Virus record (IMG/VR): IMGVR_UViG_3300033067_000845
Location: 1-37,312 of that record
Reading direction: 5' to 3' (one strand)
Source: a virus
Lineage: Duplodnaviria > Caudoviricetes
Length of the DNA stretch: 37,312 nt
In this document: positions 1-7,915 of the stretch, in pieces
Layout: each line of letters begins with the position of its first letter
How positions within the stretch are numbered: the first letter of the stretch is position 1
Notes under the pieces: generated by a model
Seen by the model: the letters and a program-made list of their open reading frames with translations, nothing else
Told to the model about the DNA's origin: nothing
Databases searched by the model: none
Position numbers and translations under genes: made by a program

Positions 1-566
1 TTGTGCCATACCGCGTGCATGTATGCCACGCTATCTGTCTTGTTATCATCTGTGAATGACATTCTCTTGTGGTGGACATATATACGCTCTGGCATGTTGT
101 TGTGAAAGAACTCCTTGCGTGACCTTGACTCTAGAAAGTTAAGGCGTAGTAGCATGATGACATATCCATCATCACTGATGTCATTCAAAGCCTTTGTGAT
201 GAACTCCTGAGCTAGAAAGAAAGGAGGGTTTGAGATTATGATATCTGGCTTGGATTTTAGCTTATAAGTGAGATAGTCTGCTATGATTTCCGCCTTACTG
301 TCTGGGCGTATGTCTATGGTTAGCGGGTTTACGCCCAATTCATTGGCGAGTGTATCCGCGTAACTCATGCCGTGGTCAGGGTCTCCGCCAGAACAGGGGT
401 CAAGCCATAGCATGCGGTCTGGGCGTTCTGGAATAGGGTTATAATCTGTTGTTTCGTGTTGTAAGTCTGTAAACCACGCGGAGAGGAACTCTTTAACGCA
501 TGAGGGGGGGGTGACATAATAGTCACTGACTTGACGTTTGTTTTGCTTGCGATTGGTTGATGACAT
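1..566 (-). CDS. DNA N6-adenine methyltransferase (3' end truncated by window edge)
   Basis: Translated by hand from ATG 566: MSSTNRKQNKRQVSDYYVTPPSCV...WLDPCSGG (SAM-binding motif I)...DIIISNPPF (catalytic motif IV)...MLLRLNFLES..R...AVWH. Open to base 1; not in the ORF track. Confidence 0.9.
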   Translation of the reverse strand, partial: MSSTNRKQNKRQVSDYYVTPPSCVKEFLSAWFTDLQHETTDYNPIPERPDRMLWLDPCSGGDPDHGMSYADTLANELGVNPLTIDIRPDSKAEIIADYLTYKLKSKPDIIISNPPFFLAQEFITKALNDISDDGYVIMLLRLNFLESRSRKEFFHNNMPERIYVHHKRMSFTDDNKTDSVAYMHAVWH

Positions 567-567
567 G

Positions 568-789
568 TTAGTTAAATTTTAAATTACCATAATGTACAAC
601 TGTGGTGGGTGTTTGATTTTTATAATAAGTTGTTGAGATGACTGGCGTATTGTGCTTATTGTCCTTAACTAGGGTATAAGTAAACTTGCGAGGGGTTTTC
701 ACTAGGTATGTACCCGAACAGTTTATATTGTTTGTCTTGCAATAATTCATTGCGTTTATTAATGCTAGGTTGTATAGGATTTTATTCAT
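568..789 (-). CDS. Hypothetical small phage protein (73 aa)
   Basis: ORF track; packed in the minus-strand array with an A-rich leader. Confidence 0.7.
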   Translation of the reverse strand: MNKILYNLALINAMNYCKTNNINCSGTYLVKTPRKFTYTLVKDNKHNTPVISTTYYKNQTPTTVVHYGNLKFN

Positions 790-807
790 GGTTTTATTAA
801 TTAGTTA

Positions 808-987
808 TTAAAGTGGTATGTCACAAGGGCATATATCATCTGGCTGGATAAAGCCGTGATGTTTGCAGTATGTAACTTTGTTGCTGGTAGGGTGGTCTAC
901 TTGATAATGCAAGTCCATGCGGGGTGCATATTGATTGCATATGTGGCATTGCCAGTTGTTTGGGAGGGTTATTGTTGAGGTTTCCAT
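808..987 (-). CDS. Small Cys/His-rich, putative zinc-binding protein (59 aa)
   Basis: Hand translation METSTITLPNNWQCHICNQY...YCKHHGFIQPDDICPCDIPL*; leader AATAACTAAC-ATG. Confidence 0.7.
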   Translation of the reverse strand: METSTITLPNNWQCHICNQYAPRMDLHYQVDHPTSNKVTYCKHHGFIQPDDICPCDIPL

Positions 988-992
988 GTTAG

Positions 993-1154
993 TTATTCAA
1001 TTTCTGATAATGACATAGTCTCATCTTTAATATTCAAGTCACGATAATCATAGTCACCTTGCTCGAATTTCTCTTGTGCTTCAGCAGGGGTGTTAGCTTC
1101 AATGATGATACTGCCCCAGCCTTGTCTTTCCCAAGTTATCTTATATTTGTTCAT
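993..1154 (-). CDS. Small acidic protein, DpnD/PcfM-like motif (53 aa)
   Basis: Hand translation MNKYKITWERQGWGSIIIEANTPAEAQEKFEQGDY...EIE*. The pattern resembles DpnD/PcfM-type small phage proteins (recall, not searched). Leader AATAACTAAC-ATG. Confidence 0.65.
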   Translation of the reverse strand: MNKYKITWERQGWGSIIIEANTPAEAQEKFEQGDYDYRDLNIKDETMSLSEIE

Positions 1155-1182
1155 GTTAGTTATTTTGATTAGTTGTTGTTAA

Positions 1183-1389
1183 TTACTGTCCCTCGCGTAG
1201 GGTTAGCTCCCGTTCAATCTCTAGGAGTTTGTATAAGTGGGTGTGGTAGCGTCTGTCGGCTACTGTGTCGAGTTTCTTTAGAATTGCTGTCCTGAGCGAA
1301 TTATGGCGGTCTAGGAGGGTGGTGGTGGACTGTTCGGACACTGGAAGGGTGTTAATTTGGCGTATTTTGATCTTTTGGCGGGGTTTCAT
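1183..1389 (-). CDS. Hypothetical protein (68 aa)
   Basis: ORF track; leader AACAACTAATC-ATG. Confidence 0.7.
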   Translation of the reverse strand: MKPRQKIKIRQINTLPVSEQSTTTLLDRHNSLRTAILKKLDTVADRRYHTHLYKLLEIERELTLREGQ

Positions 1390-1391
1390 GA

Positions 1392-1709
1392 TTAGTTGTT
1401 TGTTAAATATGATAATACTACTGCACCGATAGCTTGTGGTAATTCAAGGGTATAGAACTGTCCAGCCGTATACTCAAAATGGTTGTCTTTGTATTCTAGC
1501 CTGCCACTCCATGTATTTTTACATGTATCTATAAATTTATTTTTATTTATTCTCTTGATAATCTTTAGATTATTGATACAAGCACGCTTATTGTCATTAA
1601 ATACTTTTAAATCATGTTTGTAGTACTCATTAATTCCTCCATAGTTTGCTATGATTTCATTATCTGTAAATGAAACGCTATTTAATAATTTTAATATTTC
1701 TTTTTTCAT
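1392..1709 (-). CDS. Hypothetical protein (105 aa)
   Basis: ORF track; leader AATAACT-ATG overlaps the upstream stop. Confidence 0.75.
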   Translation of the reverse strand: MKKEILKLLNSVSFTDNEIIANYGGINEYYKHDLKVFNDNKRACINNLKIIKRINKNKFIDTCKNTWSGRLEYKDNHFEYTAGQFYTLELPQAIGAVVLSYLTNN

Positions 1710-1711
1710 AG

Positions 1712-1852
1712 TTATTTGATTAGATTGATTGCTAGTAATAGTGGGAGAGCTACTAAGATGATGGTTAACATTTCCTTGTAAAAGGTGGATAGCTTGGCGG
1801 AGGTGATTTGATATGGTAGTTGTTTATTTTGTTTGATGGTTGATTGGTACAT
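1712..1852 (-). CDS. Small membrane protein (46 aa)
   Basis: Hand translation MYQSTIKQNKQLPYQ...MLTIILVALPLLLAINLIK*; C-terminal hydrophobic helix; fills the gap exactly. Confidence 0.65.
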   Translation of the reverse strand: MYQSTIKQNKQLPYQITSAKLSTFYKEMLTIILVALPLLLAINLIK

Positions 1853-1854
1853 GG

Positions 1855-2031
1855 TTAGTTATTTGATATTACTTCTACTAATATACAATCTTCGAATGTG
1901 CCTAACTCACTTGCGTATACTTCTTTGGCGGACTTGATTGCTTCTTCTTCAGTCTTTGAAACGGTGTCTATGCTTTCAAAAACCTTATCATCAAATACAC
2001 CGTCTGTTGTTTTTATTTTTAGTTTGTACAT
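1855..2031 (-). CDS. Hypothetical small acidic protein (58 aa)
   Basis: Hand translation MYKLKIKTTDGVFDDKVFESIDTVSKTEEEAIKSAKEVYASELG...SNN*. Confidence 0.7.
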   Translation of the reverse strand: MYKLKIKTTDGVFDDKVFESIDTVSKTEEEAIKSAKEVYASELGTFEDCILVEVISNN

Positions 2032-2040
2032 GGTGATTAT

Positions 2041-2184
2041 TTAGAACATGTCTTGCTCTTTACTCATCTCTAGACGGGCTTCGAAGTCTATAGGAGCATT
2101 TTTGCCGTCTTCGTAGATTTTGCTAATAATTGCACTTAACTCTTTGTCACTTTTAGCGTTCTTAATTGCTTGTAGATATTGCAT
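2041..2184 (-). CDS. Hypothetical small protein (47 aa), first gene of the left operon
   Basis: Hand translation MQYLQAIKNAKSDKELSAIISKIYEDG...QDMF*; A-rich leader ~60 nt downstream of a sigma70 promoter. Confidence 0.65.
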   Translation of the reverse strand: MQYLQAIKNAKSDKELSAIISKIYEDGKNAPIDFEARLEMSKEQDMF

Positions 2185-2231
2185 GATTTTTTGTTGTTAA
2201 TTTTGTTAATAATTGTGTAAGTGTTATCGAC

Positions 2232-2307
2232 CTTACCCCCTAAGTATAGCAAGAAAGAGAAGAGAGGGTCAATAGGGCAACTGTGGATAACTTTAATAGG
2301 GGGTAAG
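2232..2307. repeat. 11-bp perfect inverted repeat bracketing the promoter (operator-like)
   Basis: CTTACCCCCTA 2232-2242 and TAGGGGGTAAG 2297-2307. Confidence 0.7.
2243..2290 (-). promoter_or_regulatory. Sigma70 promoter for the left operon with upstream DnaA-box
   Basis: Minus strand: TTATCCACA (2290-2282), 9 nt, TTGACC (2272-2267), 18 nt, TATACT (2248-2243) with an extended TGn. Confidence 0.75.
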
Positions 2308-2409
2308 TGAGAAAATACCATGTAGCTGTCTCGTGGTTTGGAAAGTGGTCTTTTTAATGGCTCTATTGAGCCAACATTAGAACATAGATTTATCCTTTCT
2401 GTCTAATTT

Positions 2410-2564
2410 GATACTCAAGATACTCATATTTTTTTACTATCGTGAAATATTATAGAAATTATAATATAGTTCTATAGGTATGTCAAGGGGTATATATTAA
2501 GCCATATAATAGCGCGCCCCGCGCCGTGGGGGAAGTAGTAAAAAAAATCGGTATCTTGAGTATC
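2410..2564. repeat. ~30-bp imperfect inverted repeat pair with a 14-bp perfect core
   Basis: GATACTCAAGATAC-tcat-ATTTTTTTACTA 2410-2439 versus TAGTAAAAAAAAT-cg-GTATCTTGAGTATC 2536-2564. Confidence 0.9.
2458..2486 (-). promoter_or_regulatory. Perfect consensus sigma70 promoter pointing left
   Basis: Minus strand: TTGACA (2486-2481), 17 nt, TATAAT (2463-2458). Confidence 0.85.
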
Positions 2565-2576
2565 TTTTTTGGTAGA

Positions 2577-2620
2577 ATACATATGTATGTATCATTGCAT
2601 ATGTGTGTATGATATACTAT
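2577..2620 (+). promoter_or_regulatory. Extended -10 promoter with direct repeats and a palindrome (possible RHH operator)
   Basis: TGa-TATACT 2610-2618; CATATGTRTGTAT at 2580-2592 and 2598-2610; palindrome ATACATATGTAT 2577-2588. No well-spaced -35. Confidence 0.5.
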
Positions 2621-2645
2621 GTATGTTATTAGTTAATATTTTTTT

Positions 2646-2801
2646 ATGAATAAGAAGACAATTACAATAAAAATACCCGAAGATATTTATTACAAGTTAA
2701 AAGAGGATATCGCAAAATCCCAGACAAAGTATAAAGGGTATATGACCACTGGTGAATTTATATCGTTATTGATTTTAGAATATAAATCACATGACAACTA
2801 A
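2646..2801 (+). CDS. Ribbon-helix-helix (CopG/Arc-like) DNA-binding protein (51 aa)
   Basis: Hand translation MNKKTITIKIPEDIYYKLKEDIAK...MTTGEFISLLILEY: alternating beta-strand followed by two helices, typical of RHH. Confidence 0.7.
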   Translation: MNKKTITIKIPEDIYYKLKEDIAKSQTKYKGYMTTGEFISLLILEYKSHDN

Positions 2802-3003
2802 TTTACTACTCTCCTTCTTTCTAGGTATAATCGCAGGTATGATAATGCTAACCACTTGTTTGACACTCGCTTACATTGTGTTATATAATAATAAAACAGT
2901 GATTAAGCAAAAGTTGCAGAACAAATTAAATAAAAAGGGTATCTTGATAGAACCCGAGAGCAACGATTTTAATAATTTTATAAATAGCTTGCCACATGAA
3001 TAA
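2791..3003 (+). CDS. Small membrane protein
   Basis: ORF track; ~30-aa N-terminal hydrophobic segment. Confidence 0.7.
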   Translation: MTTNLLLSFFLGIIAGMIMLTTCLTLAYIVLYNNKTVIKQKLQNKLNKKGILIEPESNDFNNFINSLPHE

Positions 3004-3325
3004 TTGTAATAAATGTAAATTGATAACAGTTAAGTATAATCCCTCAAAGTATGGAAATACATATGAGAAGATAGACTGTAAGCACTGTGGTTACTTCAAA
3101 ACTCGCTTATACAACGATTTTATGGATAATACGCCTGTTAGTGGCTCTTTCACCCGTTACGCGCGTTCTGAGACCAATTCAAACGCTAAAGACGTTCTTC
3201 AACCTTTTAATAAAGATGGTATAATTAATAAGGATTATGTAAGCGTTTATGGTACTAAAGAGATTGAAAAGAGTACTGGACTAAATAAGCAAGAAATATC
3301 TAAAGAAATTGAGCGTTATGGATAA
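2996..3325 (+). CDS. Zinc-ribbon protein
   Basis: CNKC...CKHC pairs; overlaps both neighbours. Confidence 0.7.
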   Translation: MNNCNKCKLITVKYNPSKYGNTYEKIDCKHCGYFKTRLYNDFMDNTPVSGSFTRYARSETNSNAKDVLQPFNKDGIINKDYVSVYGTKEIEKSTGLNKQEISKEIERYG

Positions 3326-3827
3326 AATAAAACCAAAAGAAAGAAAATTTATCAATGAATACATAAAAGATGGTGACGCGGTACGCGCAGTTATTGAAAC
3401 TGATCCGCACATTGTTAGCGAAGTATCAGCCGAGCAGTTAGCGAAGAAGCATTTAAATAATAAAACTATACAAGAACTGGCAGATACACTACTAGACAAT
3501 GCTTTACTAGTGGTAAAACATGCAGAACTATTAGAACAAACTAAAACAGTGGTGCAATATGACCCTAAAACTGGACAGATTATCGCAGAAAACACAGATA
3601 TACCAGATACAGACGTGCGCTTAAAGGCTCTAGACATGGCTTATAAGTTGAAAGGCTTATATGCTCCAGAAAAGAGACAAACAGTCAATCTTAACATTGA
3701 GACAAACAGTGTAGACCCTGATGTTGTAGAAATGACAAAGAAGTACGAAGAGGATTTGAAAAAATTATACATTAACAAACAACCAAATGGACAAAATACA
3801 AACAATAGCAACGAAGAAGCTAGATAA
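3318..3827 (+). CDS. terS: Terminase small subunit
   Basis: N-terminal KERKFINEYIKDGDAVRAV HTH pattern and RLKALDMAYKLKG motif; upstream of terL. ATG 3318 preferred over TTG 3309. Confidence 0.8.
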   Translation: MDKIKPKERKFINEYIKDGDAVRAVIETDPHIVSEVSAEQLAKKHLNNKTIQELADTLLDNALLVVKHAELLEQTKTVVQYDPKTGQIIAENTDIPDTDVRLKALDMAYKLKGLYAPEKRQTVNLNIETNSVDPDVVEMTKKYEEDLKKLYINKQPNGQNTNNSNEEAR

Positions 3828-3948
3828 TGGTGAGATAATATATTCGTGCATACCTAAGCGCGGGGTTAAAATAATGCCACTAGGATATTTTAAAACAGAG
3901 CAAGAGGCTATAGACGCTTTTTTAAAGGAATTAAATGGAAAAGAATAG
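3787..3948 (+). CDS. Small AP2-like protein (53 aa) overlapping terS and terL
   Basis: Hand translation MDKIQTIATKKLDNGEIIYSCIPKRGVKIMPLGYFKTEQEAIDAFLKELNGKE*; LGYFxTxxEA resembles the AP2 domain end. Confidence 0.55.
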   Translation: MDKIQTIATKKLDNGEIIYSCIPKRGVKIMPLGYFKTEQEAIDAFLKELNGKE

Positions 3949-5512
3949 CATACACGCATGGATTGTTAATAATAAGATAACAAACGAATCGGGAAAGATG
4001 ATTGACTTTTGTAACCATCTTTTCTTATTTGATATATACGCAGACCAGTCACCGCGCTTAGTATGCTATAAGGCGGCGCAGATAGGCTTTTCAACAATGG
4101 CTATACTAAAGTCAATATGGCTTGCTAAACAGAGAGGGCTAGACATTATCTACACAATGCCAACATCTTCAGATATGAAAGATTTTGTAAGCGGTAAGGT
4201 GAACAGAATAATACAACAAAACCCCGTGTTATTAGAGTATGCAAAAGATAAGGACAGCGTAGAACAGAAGCAAATAGGTGAGAATATTATCTATTACCGT
4301 GGTACGTGGACAGAAAAAGCAGCGATTGCGGTATCTTCAGACCTTAACATACACGATGAAGAGGATAGGTCAAAACAGTCAGTTATATCGCAGTATTCTT
4401 CTAGACTACAGCACTCTAGTTTTAAGTGGGAATGGCATTTTTCAAATCCAAGCGTTGAGGGTAATGGAGTATCAAAATACTGGAGTAGATCCGATCAAAA
4501 ACACTGGTTTATCACCTGTAAAACCTGTAATAGCGAGCAGTTTTTATCATTTCCAGAATCTATAGACAAAGAGAGACGCGTTTATCAGTGCAAATCGTGC
4601 CATAAAGAGCTATCAAACGAAGATAGAAGAGTTGGTAGATGGGTATCGAAGTATAAAAATAGAGATTTCTCGGGCTATTGGATTTCTCTTTTAATGGCTC
4701 CATGGATAAGTGCTGAGGAGATATTGAGATACCATGAAACAAAGTCACCAGAGTACTTCGCTAATTTCGTACTAGGCTTACCATATGTTGGAGAGGGTAA
4801 TCAGGTAACGCCAGACCTTATTTTTAGGAATTGTACAAGCGACATAAACTCACAAGAAAGAATAGTGATAGGGTGCGACTCGGGACTGAAGAAACATTAT
4901 GTTTTAGGTAATAAGGAGGGACTATTTTATTATGGTATAACGGAAACATGGGATACTATCCGTTCTTTATTGAAGAAATACGAAAGGTCAATAGCAGTAA
5001 TTGACGCGTTGCCAGACCTTACAGAACCGCGCAAGTTACGAGAGGAATTTCCAGGGCGAGTGTTCTTGTGTCACTACGTTAGAGATAGAAAAACCTATCA
5101 AATAGTGCGTTGGGGAGAAAAGGAAGAATCTGGAAATGTTAATGTTGATAGAAATAGAATGTTGCAGATGGTAGTTGACGACTTTACAGATAGAAGAATA
5201 CCATTGCAGGGGACGATTGACGACTGGGAGGACTATTACACTCACTGGAAAACCATGTACAAGATGTCAGAACCAGACGGTATGGGTATTCCCCAGATGA
5301 TATGGGAATCATCATCAGGATTGGACCACTTCGTTCACGCAACGGCTTATTGGAGAGTGGGAATGGATCGGTTTAAGAATGATGGAGGTAAGTTATTTGG
5401 TGGTAATGGTGTAGAATTTGCTAAAGCGCCAGAAATATCTACATCAAGTACAATAAATACAAAATTATTATTTGAAGATAACAACTATGATGATTGGAGG
5501 AAAACTAATTAA
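3935..5512 (+). CDS. terL: Terminase large subunit, lambda gpA-like
   Basis: KAAQIGFS (gpA-type Walker A), DEED Walker B, FSNPS, SDQKHWFITCKTC...CKSC zinc motif, nuclease IGCDSG and DHFVHA. Confidence 0.92.
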   Translation: MEKNSIHAWIVNNKITNESGKMIDFCNHLFLFDIYADQSPRLVCYKAAQIGFSTMAILKSIWLAKQRGLDIIYTMPTSSDMKDFVSGKVNRIIQQNPVLLEYAKDKDSVEQKQIGENIIYYRGTWTEKAAIAVSSDLNIHDEEDRSKQSVISQYSSRLQHSSFKWEWHFSNPSVEGNGVSKYWSRSDQKHWFITCKTCNSEQFLSFPESIDKERRVYQCKSCHKELSNEDRRVGRWVSKYKNRDFSGYWISLLMAPWISAEEILRYHETKSPEYFANFVLGLPYVGEGNQVTPDLIFRNCTSDINSQERIVIGCDSGLKKHYVLGNKEGLFYYGITETWDTIRSLLKKYERSIAVIDALPDLTEPRKLREEFPGRVFLCHYVRDRKTYQIVRWGEKEESGNVNVDRNRMLQMVVDDFTDRRIPLQGTIDDWEDYYTHWKTMYKMSEPDGMGIPQMIWESSSGLDHFVHATAYWRVGMDRFKNDGGKLFGGNGVEFAKAPEISTSSTINTKLLFEDNNYDDWRKTN

Positions 5513-5705
5513 AATAGATATAAGCGAAGAAGACGCACGACTGTTCTTAGAATTTCAGAGAAATTATGAAAATTTTTTAACCCTAATAAAAAGTGGTGTA
5601 TTTAATGTCAAAAATGGCAACGCGACAATTCATTTTGACAAGGATGGAACACTTAAAGAAATAACATTGCACACTATTTCCTACAAGAAGGGAATAACTA
5701 CTTGA
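5487..5705 (+). CDS. Hypothetical protein between terL and portal
   Basis: ORF track 5472..5705; ATG at 5487/5490; GNATIHFDKDGTLKEI beta-hairpin. Confidence 0.7.
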   Translation: MMIGGKLIKIDISEEDARLFLEFQRNYENFLTLIKSGVFNVKNGNATIHFDKDGTLKEITLHTISYKKGITT

Positions 5706-5741
5706 CTTTTATATAAAAAGTGTATAATTAATCCATAACCC

Positions 5742-5790
5742 AAACAAAGGGCAAGAAACTAATGGTAGTTCTTGCTCTTTTGTTTTATAT
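5742..5790 (+). terminator. Long hairpin with U-rich tail directly upstream of the portal start (attenuator/processing site)
   Basis: AAACAAAGGGCAAGAAACTA-atgg-TAGTTCTTGCTCTTTTGTTT; preceded by TTGACT-15-TATAAT (5702-5728). Confidence 0.55.
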
Positions 5791-5793
5791 AAA

Positions 5794-7635
5794 ATGTCAT
5801 TAACAGCAGGATACAAATCATTATCACAAAATATCAATAAGGTAGATGAGACAACTCAAAATGATGAAGGTGTAATTTCTCAACTAACCCCAGAATTGAC
5901 ATTAGAGATGTCAGACGAGGAGTTGATAGACCTAAAAAAGCAGTGGATAAAAGAATGGGAGCCTTATAAAGGAAAAATAGAGAAAAAGCAAAATGAAAAT
6001 GAAGAATACTGGATGGGTAAGCATTTTTGTGACACTGACGAGTCACGACCACTTGTTGACAATCTTATTTTTGAGTCATTAGAGACATTTTTACCAATAG
6101 CAACACGACCAAAGGCTGATCCGTTGGTGGAATCACAGGACAATGAGACAGAATCAGCTATATCAGACAAGGTTAGAAAAATGCTAACTTATATTGCAGA
6201 TACTCTATCTTTTAATCTAAAGATGAAGCAGGTTACTAGACACTGGTCACTATATCATCTTGGAGCCATGAAGGTTGGATGGTCAATGAAGACAAATGAC
6301 ATAACATGTCAAGTAATAAGACCACAGAAATTGATATTGGATCCTGATGCAACCATAGAAGAAGGTGAATATACTGGATATTACATAGGTGAATACCTAA
6401 CAGACAAGGCTTCTGATTTGATAACTAGATTTCCCAAGCAAGAAAAATTCATAAAAGAAAAGGTAAGTGAAAAAACTGGTACAAAAGTGCAATACATCAT
6501 GTGGACAACTGATGATTATATCTTTTGGACATTAGATGACGTTGTTTTGGATAAAGTACAAAATCCACATTGGAATTATCCTACTCAAGAGCCAGTAGCG
6601 GTGGATACTATGACAGGTCAAACGCCACTAAACAGCAATGGGGAAGCCATGACACAGGAAGTAAAGGGTAACAATCATTTTAATGCTCCAAAGAAGCCTT
6701 ATATTTTCCTATCGATATTTAATCTTGGATTACATCCTCATGATGACACAAACTTAATTCAGCAGAATTTACCATTGCAGGATTTGGTAAATAAGAGACT
6801 TAATCAAATTGATAAGAACGCAGACAATACAAACGGTGGAATTGCTGTGTCAGGTGATGCATTTACAGAAGAACAGGCAAGTAAGGTAGCAAAAACTCGA
6901 AGAAAAGGAGGAACTATGTGGATACCAAATGGAGATGTTAATTCAGCCGTTAAGGATTTACCTGCTACTCCATTACCAGGATTTGTATACGAGTCACTAA
7001 CTGATTACAGAAGTGAGATAAGAAATATTTTTGGTACAAGAGGTTCATCACCACAGGGTACTATTTCAGAGAAGACAGTCGGTGGTAAACAAATAATAAA
7101 AGGACAGGATGGCGACAGAATTGGTGGAGGAATTTCTACATATTTAGAGCAATTCTCAGACAAAGTGTTTAATTGGTTTGTGCAGTTGATGTACGTTTAT
7201 TATGACGAGCCACACACAGCTGTTATTTTGGGAAGAGAGCAAGCTAAAGAATATATAACACTTGTTAATAGTGAGTTTGTGTCTAAATTAATCGTTGGAG
7301 TTAAGGAGGGATCAATGATACCTCACGATCCACAGTCAAAGAGAGACGAAGCATTAACATTGTGGCAACAGAAGGGAATAGACCCAATAACTTTCTTTGA
7401 TAGATTGGAATTTCCAAATCCTAGAGAGTCTGCAAAACAATTGTACATGTGGTTGTCAGATCCAATATCACTATTCCCAGATTTATTACAGCAACAACAG
7501 GAACAACAAATGTTACAACAGCAGCAGCAACAAGAGCAGATGATGCAGCAACAACAAATTGAACAAGGTAATAAACAAATAGATCATACAAACAAGATGG
7601 AACAAATAATAGTTTCTAAACAACAAAAGCCATGA
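5794..7635 (+). CDS. Portal protein (P22-like) with poly-Gln C-terminus
   Basis: 613 aa after terL; KLILDPDA, LPLQDLVNKRLNQI and NWFVQLMYVYYDE helical motifs; Q-rich barrel-like tail. Confidence 0.85.
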   Translation: MSLTAGYKSLSQNINKVDETTQNDEGVISQLTPELTLEMSDEELIDLKKQWIKEWEPYKGKIEKKQNENEEYWMGKHFCDTDESRPLVDNLIFESLETFLPIATRPKADPLVESQDNETESAISDKVRKMLTYIADTLSFNLKMKQVTRHWSLYHLGAMKVGWSMKTNDITCQVIRPQKLILDPDATIEEGEYTGYYIGEYLTDKASDLITRFPKQEKFIKEKVSEKTGTKVQYIMWTTDDYIFWTLDDVVLDKVQNPHWNYPTQEPVAVDTMTGQTPLNSNGEAMTQEVKGNNHFNAPKKPYIFLSIFNLGLHPHDDTNLIQQNLPLQDLVNKRLNQIDKNADNTNGGIAVSGDAFTEEQASKVAKTRRKGGTMWIPNGDVNSAVKDLPATPLPGFVYESLTDYRSEIRNIFGTRGSSPQGTISEKTVGGKQIIKGQDGDRIGGGISTYLEQFSDKVFNWFVQLMYVYYDEPHTAVILGREQAKEYITLVNSEFVSKLIVGVKEGSMIPHDPQSKRDEALTLWQQKGIDPITFFDRLEFPNPRESAKQLYMWLSDPISLFPDLLQQQQEQQMLQQQQQQEQMMQQQQIEQGNKQIDHTNKMEQIIVSKQQKP

Positions 7636-7844
7636 AAAATATGAATTTTATACAAAGATTGTTGTCAAGAAAAGTGTACGAATATGATTCGGGTATCAAT
7701 AATAAACAGATTACCCTTCCAGAGAAGAAAATTGTTACAAAGAAGCCGAAGGTAGAGATGTCACAATATGAAGAACAAAGAAGAGCATTAGAAAGAAATA
7801 GAAATAAAGGCATTTATTCAGATGGTATAGGTGTAGGACCTTAA
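7632..7844 (+). CDS. Hypothetical protein
   Basis: ATGA overlap with the portal stop. Confidence 0.6.
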   Translation: MKNMNFIQRLLSRKVYEYDSGINNKQITLPEKKIVTKKPKVEMSQYEEQRRALERNRNKGIYSDGIGVGP

Positions 7845-7915
7845 ATTAATAATAAAATTCCTATGGGTTTAACAGAAATGTACCCTCCGCAAGGAAAAAC
7901 AAGGCTGATAAACAT

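Noticed and set aside
2136-2321. 61-aa minus-strand ORF
   Set aside because: Runs across the promoter and DnaA-box and overlaps a better-supported gene at 2041-2184.
7491-7560. CAA/CAG run as a phase-variable repeat
   Set aside because: Mixed codons encoding an in-frame poly-Gln tail, common in P22-like portals.
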